The notes below the pieces were generated by a model. The model did not search any database and was not told the DNA's origin. It worked only from the letters and a program-made list of their open reading frames with translations. A program made the translations under genes and the position numbers. A stretch of DNA of 64,000 nt from Lama guanicoe (Eukaryota), in the NCBI GenBank assembly GCA_013239625.1, contig MU053652.1, positions 5,199,902-5,263,901 on the forward strand, in the 5' to 3' direction. Positions within the stretch are counted from its first letter, which is position 1, and every line of letters begins with the position of its first letter. Of the stretch, positions 55,160-64,000 are shown piece after piece.

Positions 55160-55981
55160 AAACTACTACTGTGTTGCAAAGGCCTTGTCTTCCAGTATGA
55201 CCCATTCATTGCTTCGTGTTCTTCTTCCAAATGAAATAAAATGCTGGACGCTTTCAAATCAAAGAATTCAAACCTCTGGGTACACAGTTCAAAAAAGGCT
55301 ATTGCCCCCAAAAAGGATCTTGAGTTTTAGGCAGATACCCTCTTCCTTCCAGTGCTACTTATCTGGTGTGGGTTTTAAAAACTCACACGTGTAATCTAAT
55401 TAGGCTTTATAGTCAGAAAAGCCCAAAACCCCTTAATTGTCTCAAAAGCTTTGAGAAAACAACTGGTGAAAGTTCTGCGCTAGAGTAACTGAGAACATTC
55501 TGCAAGAGGTAAGAGCACCATACATATTTCTCATTCAAGTGAAGTCCTGTAATCTTTCCCCCCTGGGAGTTGGCCTTCTTTATCATCAACTAAGAATTTG
55601 ACTATCAAAAACAATGCCGGAGTCTAAACAAAGGGGAAAATGTTTTGGGATATGCCAAGAGAGATCTGTTAATTTGCAAGATACTGGACTCTGAGTTTAG
55701 GGGTTTATTTTCTTTTGTCTTTACCAAGTCCTAATTTCCTCCTGGCTTCCCCCACACCTTTGTCCGCCTCGACAACGCCAAAGGGTCAGGATCAAAATGC
55801 CAGCACAGCAGAGGAGTACTTTCAGCCAGCACGTGGAGGGGGCAGGAAGAGTAAGAGTCTCTACAGCCAATCAAGTATACTTTGAATGCCCCCGAAGTTA
55901 CATCACTGCAGCCACCAAGGCCACAGATGAATCCCATCATCTTTTCAACTGAAAGAAAGAGGAGAAGGATGCACAGCCAGC

Positions 55982-56075
55982 CAGCAATCACCTGAGAGCT
56001 TGTTAGAAATGCAGGCTCCGACTCCACCTGGACCTACTGATTCAGAATCTGCACTTTAACAAGATCCTCGGGTGC
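55982..56075. mobile_element. MER5A-like fragment
   Basis: aatcacctgagagcttgttagaaatgcag...gacctactgattcagaatctgcactttaacaagatcc. Confidence 0.7.
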
Positions 56076-56099
56076 TGGGTAGCACAGTGAGGTTAACTC

Positions 56100-56450
56100 C
56101 CCGCCTCCTTATTCCCCTCTCGGCCTGGGGACTTTGTCCTGGCTCAGATGGGTTCTCCGGCAAATTCAGCTTAAACGTTTTACTCAAAGAGGCCTTCCCA
56201 ATTCCCAGACTAGGTCAGATATACACTGGATATACTCTGACCCTCTCCCCCATTTCTTTCCCAAAGAACTCATCACAACGTTAAATAGCATAATTAATGC
56301 TTTAGTATCAATTTTCCTCTCCATGCGGCAAGTTCTGTCCGGGCAACGACTCCGTCCTTCTTATTCACCACCTAGCCCCAGAGCCCAGAGTAAGACCGGA
56401 GACAAAGTAAACATTCAAGAAGTGGGTTTTTTTTGGAATAAATGAATGGT
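56100..56450 (+). mobile_element. L2 3' end
   Basis: aaattcagcttaaacgtt...gaggccttccc...ttattcaccacctagccccagagcccagag...gaataaatgaatg. Confidence 0.6.
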
Positions 56451-57505
56451 CTTAGTATGTATGAAGCACAAGTATCAAGTGCTGGACTATGAGGAGAAGG
56501 GACAAAAACAATTAAAATAGGGTCCTTGTCCTTAAGTAGCTCATAGCTTAGTGGATTTTGGTTGAGGCTAACAAACTAAGCTCTCCAGAGCAAGTGGTGC
56601 ACTCACAGCTGTTTTTTCTGCTTCTCTGCCAAATGACAACAGGTAGCCCGAATGTTCTCCAAGGCCTTCCACGGGCTCCCTCCCTAGCATCACCAACAGG
56701 CCAACATGTCCTCATTAACCCTCCCCTCAAAAGATTCTCCCGGCCCAGAGTTCAGCACCTCATCCAGCCTTCTCTCTCTGCCTTCTAACTCGACGTCTAA
56801 ATGACGTCTCCAGCATCATTTCATTCTCCCCTAAGAAGTTCGTTTTATCTCTGGGAACGCTTTCCTTCAACCCGTTTTCTTCATTAGCCCTCTTACTATA
56901 GGATGTCAAATTCCCCTTAAGAATGTCTTACCCAACTCATTTCCAAACACTCGATTATTTCCTGTGAGCTGTCAGGTCTATTCTCAACAGAAACCACTCA
57001 AATCTATATCCCAGACCACACTGGAGAAACCTCCCAATTAACTATTCAATTGTCTTCCCACTTCCCTCAGATATTTCCCATATCCCCCAAAGAGATACTG
57101 TCTGAACAAATGCTGTCACCTCTTCTCTGAGTATACACTCCATGATCTGGTATTTATTCTTGTATAATAGACAAGAATCTCTTGATAGATTTATATCCCA
57201 AGACCAATATCCAAATACTAGTGTAACAAAAACATCTAAATGCCTAAACTGATAGCAATGAGAGAGTAACATTTTTTCATTTTATCTCTAGGAAAGAAGC
57301 TTGCAGAGAAATGTAAGTGGAAGCAAAAAAACATACCAACAGGGAGAGAAGTGCTCAGTGGAGAAGAAAGAAACCATCAAAGCAGCTCACAGATTCTCCA
57401 ACGGGCTCAAAATCCAACCCAGATCCCAGCTGGAATACAGTACTGCCACTAAAAACATCAAATTCTAGACCTACGACTTTGTAAAGGTCCATTCTAAGCA
57501 CTGTT

Positions 57506-58170
57506 TGTGAACGAAGTATTACAGGCGTTTTCAGGTGCTAGTCAGGAATGGGGTTAGAAATTCCACGGGCCATGCCTTCTGAGTATTTTTCACATCCCAG
57601 CCTCTGAGGCGGGAAGTCCCATAAAAAGGCAGCGGGACCCCTAGGCAGGCCCTCTGCTCTTCTCCCAGTACAGTTCGGTTCCCTGGCCCAGAGGCTCTCT
57701 CACTTTTTGCCTCTAAAGCGGCTAACTTACACCTAAAATTTTATTGGTTCCCTGAGCTCATTTCTGATTGGTTATTTCCTTCACTCCTGATTGGTTATTA
57801 CTCACTTGATTGGTCCACTTCCCTAACTTCTGATTGGTCTATTTATAGTACTTCGTTTGCATGGAGCTCACTCCTGATTGGCTATTTCTCACTCCTGATT
57901 GGTCTATTTCTACAAAGCTTGTTCCTGGTTGGTCAACTTCTGTTATACTTCATTTGCATATGATGTTGCAAAGTGTAAAACTGGCAGCCTATAAAACGCC
58001 TGTGTAAACCTACAGACGGGGTCCAGGGCTTGAAGTGTTAACTCCTCTGGGCCCGCTGGGGTAATAAACCTGAGTTCTCCAACTCTGAGTGCTGCTTGGT
58101 CTCTTGCCCAGATCCAGGTTGCTGTCACACTGGGCTGTAACAGCGAGCTGTAACACATTTCTCCGCAACA
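57506..58170 (+). mobile_element. ERV solo LTR with inverted-CCAAT repeat array (5' boundary approximate)
   Basis: Seven ATTGG motifs at 57743-57902, ATTTGCAT at 57952-57959, TATAAAA at 57990-57996, AATAAA at 58063-58068, gctgt(a/c)aca repeats at 58121-58156, and the end ...gcaaCA. The TSD is not clean. Confidence 0.8.
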
Positions 58171-59899
58171 CCTGTAGCAGTGTTTATCAATGATGGACTG
58201 GAGCCCTAGTCCACAGATTTGGTTTGGGGACTATACGAAATTTTAACACTTCAAGTACTTTAAAAAGTCATTTTTTTTTTTTAATGCTTCAAAATATTCA
58301 CTTCTAGGGCACCTGACCTCAGCCTCTTTGGTGGGTTTCAAATAACAATGCCATTTTTCTTTTTCAGATACACTTTGCATACATGCCCACTCTGCGTTTC
58401 TGAACTGCTATACATGTGTGAGAGGAAGGTTGAAGATTTTATTTCTCCCAAGTTTATGTACTGGCACTGCAGGGACCAGAGACAATTCCCCAAAGACGGA
58501 GTATGCCTTCTGTGAGGGAAGCTCAAGAAACAAGTATTCTGATGGCAAAGACTTCTTCTCCCTTCAGGGGTAAATGGAGGTGATGTACCGGTTGCCAAGG
58601 AAGGGTGGAGAGACCTACAATCGTATTTCAGGGGTTCCTTAGTTCCCAGGGTCTGTGGGTCCAGCCCCCACCCCATCCCCAACTCTGACTCCCATCTCCT
58701 CCCCACCTCCAATGCTCAGAGGAAGGAGAGGTGCAGCCATGATTCCTGACCCTGGGCTGGGGAGAGTCCAGCTACCACTTTCCTAGCCTCAATGGCTGTA
58801 ACGGCTGGCATCTCTTATTTCTCCTCACGGCACCACCATCACCGCCACCCTGAGCAAAATGGACAGTCTACAAAACACAATCATAATCCAATGATTAAAA
58901 GGGGGTAGGAGACCTGTGCCAGATATAGCTAAGTGAAAGTGTATCAGAGATCTTGCAACACCCTAGAGAAATGACTGCATTTACTGTTCGTCGGGCTTGC
59001 TTTCTCAGACCTACTGTACATAGCCATGGGAGGCTAGATGATTGAGCCTAGTACTCAACACTGTTCAGAATGAATCATCTCAAGAATAACTGATATTTAT
59101 TGTGGTTTATACGTAGGACTGACTGCAAAACTTTGGGAAGTCAGGTGACTTCTATGCTACCCATGAAAAGCATTAATTTTCCCATTTTATCATCCAAACT
59201 TCTTTGGAAACTTTCCCTATTTGAAATGTTGACAGTCAATTTTAGATGTCAAAATAAAGAAGTGCAAACCACAAATCTACCCTAAACCTTTTTGAAGTCC
59301 TTTATTGCTAAATTAATGTACCATCCCAGGGGTCTCCTTACCATTAAAATCCTACAGAGACTACGAAGAAGTCCCTAATCAACTGACACAGCCGGAGATT
59401 ACAAGTGATCATTCCTTCCCTACTCAAAGCTGGTGCCCTGGTCCGCCCCCATCCTCCACCAGGATGCAGATTCGTAAGAAATTCACCCGAAGGCCTCGAT
59501 CAGGAATTTGCTTGTGATATCTTCACTGCAAGTGCTGCCCAGAAGAGACCGTGCCCCCATTTTTATTGAGAATACCAGTAACAGTCTACTCATACCACTA
59601 AAACCCAGCTCTGTGATTCTCTCATCTTTTTTGGGGGGAGGAGGAATATTCTTTCCAATGAATAAGAAAATAAAGGAGAGTCTTTAATACATACAGCATA
59701 GAAATTTCATGTGCAAGTTTATGGACAGCTCAGACTCACGGGGCACATGTGTAGCCTTGTGCCACCAACCCCTTTTAAAAACCCATTTTCCCTGTTCCTT
59801 AGAATCTGAGTCCTAAGTTTATTACTCTCTCTACATAGGCTTTCAGCTTCTCCGGTTGATAATCAAAGAAACATCTCTTCTGAAACGAGAGTTAAGAGA

Positions 59900-60300
59900 G
59901 GTACTTTCACTAAGAGCACCAATCCGAGAAGGCTTAGGACTCAAGTGGCAGCCGAGCGCTCTGGCTGGCGGCCGCGCGCTGCCTGGCTCCCCGAGGCATT
60001 CCTCTCGCGCCTGAGTGGAGATGACTAACACAGGGGCAGCGCCGGCTGAGCTGGGAGCTGGACCTGTGCCCCACCGAGAGCCTGCGGGAGCTCCCGGGAG
60101 ATTCTAAAGCTCTCACAGGAGAGGAGTTTAACAAGATAACTCGGCTTTTAAGTAACAGAGGCAGCCTCCTGGCCTCCGGGCTGTGAAAGGGCTCACCCGC
60201 CAGGAGTAGTAACACAAGCAATTATTGCACACAGAATAATAGATCTCAGCGGGATTCCAGGATCCAGGTACCGGAGTCTCCCTCTCCCCTGCACGGAGGG
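59900..60300. promoter_or_regulatory. Small GC/CpG-rich patch in intron 1, candidate enhancer or alternative promoter
   Basis: Local CpG cluster (gccgagcgct, gcggccgcgcgc, ctcgcgcc, gcgccggc) with CCAAT near 59919, in otherwise CpG-poor intron. Confidence 0.4.
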
Positions 60301-63300
60301 AAGGAAAGGGAGGAAGAAATGCCCCACTTTCCATGAAGACCTGGGAGAATCCTATTGGGTAAGCAGATAAACAACACTTGGCATAGTAAGTCATTGTTTT
60401 GCATTGTTGCCAAAGATAAAAATGCACCTGGTATTAAAGGCTATATGCACCCTCCCTCTCCTGGAACAGAATTCATAAAGTTTAAAAGTTCCCTAAATTC
60501 ACATTCCAGAGACCGGAAACGCAAACCTACCTTGTTCGTTTCTCTACCACCAACTTCCAGCAAGCCTTCCTCAATTCAGGCAAGTTGCCTTTAACTAGCA
60601 CATTGACTGCAGATTGCTCACAGCTGCTTTCAAAAACGTCTGAGTATTCCCACCTGTACCTACCCATTTCTCCTGCCTTCCAGTTCATCCGTTTTATTCC
60701 TCCACCTCTGTCAAGGCTTGTCACCTTCACCATCTCCCCAGAAGAGATGTTTAAAACAAAGAAACTGATCTGAAAATACCACATCTGATTTTTCCAGCCC
60801 ATCCATTCTCCAAGAAAACCTTCAGTAATTAGAGTCACAAGTGCCCCTTTTCACCATAAAACTAAGCTACCTGCCTCTGTTTATCAGGAGCATTTTAATG
60901 ATACTGACAACTAAAATCTTACCAGCCCAAAGCTTTAGCCAGAATCAGGCGCACAGCCTGGTCTCAAGCCTGGAGACCCCCCTCCTCTCAGGCCACCCTA
61001 GATGCTACTCACAGAACATCTACCTCCCATTTTTATTGGCCTCTGAGAACTGTACCACCCGACCTTCTTTCTCCTAGATTTGACTCTTCTTACTAAACCC
61101 ACTAAATACACATTTTATCACTCAAATCAGGACACTTTGAGAGTGCAAACGGGCTGTTAACTGACGATAATCATGCCAAGATAACAGCCCTAGGCAGACT
61201 GGGGTGTAAGTCGCCCTGCCCTTACAAAGGTAGAGGCCAGATAAGCAGTGGTTCCTTGCAAATAACCAATTTATGCTGGTTCTACATACTGTTTCTCTCT
61301 GGGAGACTGCCAGTTTGGGGCACTGGTCCCCCAAACAAGTTTGGATTACCTAGCCCATCTTGGGGCAAAGATAATAGAAAACATTTTACATTGTAGTGGA
61401 AAATTCTTTCTAAATATATCAACTTCATGTTTTGACATGTTTTTTTTTTCCTGGGGGGCAGGGGTGGGGAGGCAGACAAAATGCAGGCTGGTCCTAACGT
61501 ACCAGAAACTAGAGGGCTGCTGGGAGGATAGGGCAGGGAGTCCAAGGGAGCCTCAATTAGCCACACCTGTGTCGCTGACCCACCACTAGCATTCACATAC
61601 ACAGCTGCGCTGCTCCGTTCCATGCATTACTGAAATTTGTTTCATCTTTCCTAAAGGTTAAATAAATGAATGATACCCCCCAAAGCTCAGAAGGTTACAC
61701 ATTTTCTGGTGCCCATATTTCTGCTAAGCCAGGGGTTCCCAGACCAGTAGCTTCCCTCCTCCCCAAATTAGGGACTGACATGCTATCCATTTTTTATTTT
61801 TGCCAAGGACATTAGAAAAAAACAAATGCCATCACATTACTTACAAAATAAAGGACATTTTAGTCAAACATAATAATCTCAAAATTAAAGCCAGTCCTTC
61901 AAATTGAACAATCTTAACATCACAAACTTACCAGGTGCCGTTGTTCCTCTCACTCTGCCTCAGTTCCATTTCCATCCCTGTCCAAGTTGGGGACAGATAC
62001 GGAAAATGCTGGACTACCAACACCAGTCAATGGTCAGGACACTGCCTTCTCTTTTCACCAGCAACAGCCCCATGAGGTGAGCCCTGTTACTATGCTCATC
62101 CACAGGCAAAGCTGGAACTTAGAGGGGTAAGATGACTTACCCAAGGTTTTCTGGCTAGTGGTCAGTGGAGCTAATGATATGAACCACAGACACCCCAGAA
62201 AACCAGTTCAGTTCTGCTCAAGACACAAGTTATGTCTGTTTCCCAGGGTGTGGGCTTGTTTAAAAAACAAAAACAAAAACAGAAACTGTTTTAGGTGGCA
62301 TATAAGCCCTGTACGTACCAGCATTTAATATTTATACATAAATAAGAGCTATGCCGTCCCCTTTCAACTCTCTTTCAGTCCTTCCTATTAAATGAAGGAG
62401 ACAATTTCATTTCGTTGGCAGGAAGCCTTTCACACATCTCTAGCTCTTATTAATCACAACTTCCTTCAGAGCCCTCTGCAAAACGCAGTACCTGCTAGAA
62501 TTTAATAACCGTTTTGTTTTCACTGTGCGGTTTTCTTTTTTTTAAAAGTACTTTCTAGTAAGTAACAACCAGTAAGTAACACTGGTTTCCCATTTTCAAC
62601 AGTGAAATTGCTTCCTTGTAAAATAATATTTCAATTTAAAAAACAGCTGACTGCCCAAAAGATTTTTAAACTACATAAAATTAGAAGTAGTGTTTCAAAA
62701 CATGCCAGGAAACTTTAGGTAACAGTACTGGACCAAAAGGCTGCAAATAAGACTCCCCTGGTTCAGTCTCTCCAAACAACTCGGAAAATGGCTGGGTTTT
62801 CCTGAGCAGGATGTGGTCACGCTTACCACCACCTACCACCCCCATCTTCTAATCCAAGAAGAAAAAGAAAAAAGAGGAAGAGCTATGTACCAGCCTGTAG
62901 GAAAAAAAGTCAGACTGTCACAGGACCTTGCCCTCACCCGCTCCTGTCACCTGTAGTTGGGTGGCTGCACACTTCCTTAGCCCTGGAGCTCCCTAGAACC
63001 CAGAGGAAACAGGTAAGGCTAAAACTCTGAGAGCCTACTCTCCTTTAAGTACTAAGACCTTACAGCACCTGGAGGTCTTTAAACAATTAAGCAGTGATTT
63101 AAGGATGGCCAGGTGCGGGGCTCTGCCCTCCCCTGAAGAGACAAAGTGGTTGTCAAGGATACTGACTGCGGAAAGAGACTACCAAACGGGACGTGATTAA
63201 TGAATAAGGCTATGTAAAGCTGTATTTTGCCCTAAATCTAATCTAAGATGATACCTGTAAGAAATAAAAAGGTGCAGTCTAAGTAAAGCCCTCCTACAAC

Positions 63301-64000
63301 CACCAAAAACATTAAGCACACTTCTAGGAAGCCGTCTTACAAAAATGCCGACACAAGAACACCAAGATTTACCAAAGAATGTCCATATATCAACAGGAAA
63401 AAATGGGTAAGTAAATACACTCGAATGACGGAATATTCCTCAAAAATTAAAGAATGAGGTAGATGTATAATTATGACATAGACCGTTACAACAATTAATT
63501 TAAAAAAAAGAAAGTTACAGGACTCATTATGACCTAATTTCTATTTCTTTAAAAAAAAAGGGGTGTATGTAACTACAGAAAAAAACTGTAGGAAGCACAT
63601 TTACTTAGGGGAATGAGAATAAATGTTAGAAAGCTTGTAAGAACAGAAAGATTTCTGCATTTGACTTTACATACTTCTATAACTGTCTGAAGTCTTATAA
63701 GTACTAAGTCCAAAATTTAAATATCACTAATTATGAAATAATTAACACTAGACGGCATTCACCTGAGCCTTTGGAAGGACTTCAGGTATGAACCAGAAAA
63801 CTGTTGGTCAAAATAAGGAAAGGCCACCAAGGAACTGCAAATACGACTTTTGATCATAAGGACTTCAAACACCTGAGAATTACAAGAAAATGTTATTTCC
63901 ATCTTAGGCAAGATAGCGGAATAAAAAGTAAAGACTAAGACCACCAAAGAGGTCATGTTGGCTTTTACTGTTGTTCTTGTTAAGAATGGGGCTTATAAAC

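Noticed and set aside
57743..57902. CRISPR-like or other prokaryotic repeat array
   Set aside because: These are short degenerate CCAAT-box repeats within an LTR in mammalian DNA, with no constant repeat-spacer structure and no cas genes.
54551..58170. A single provirus bounded by the two LTRs
   Set aside because: The LTRs are dissimilar, the first has its own TSD, and the intervening DNA contains MER5A and L2 fragments rather than gag/pol.

Overview
Mammalian genomic DNA, most likely a camelid (alpaca, llama or camel). That assignment rests on a tRNA-Ala(AGC)-derived SINE of the camelid type and on the absence of recognisable Alu, B1/B2, Bov-tA/BovB, PRE-1 or SINEC elements. The whole window lies inside SND1 (Tudor-SN/p100) on the minus strand. 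Nine coding exons (exons 2-10 by human numbering, about residues 27-384: most of SN1, SN2 and the start of SN3) can be read with exact GT-AG boundaries and a continuous frame of 1074 nt. Exon 1 and exons 11 onward lie outside the window. The rest is intron containing three ERV1-type solo LTRs, L1/HAL1/L2/MIR remnants, MER58/MER33/MER5/Tigger DNA-transposon fossils, one SINE and a 449-N assembly gap flanked by G-runs. I see no novel multi-gene system. The most notable non-coding items are an antisense solo LTR with an inverted-CCAAT array, octamer and TATA, a second intact solo LTR with a perfect TSD, a strong CTCF motif, and inverted MER58 copies bracketing a frame-preserving exon block. Repeat family names and human comparisons are from recalled consensus sequences, not from searches.
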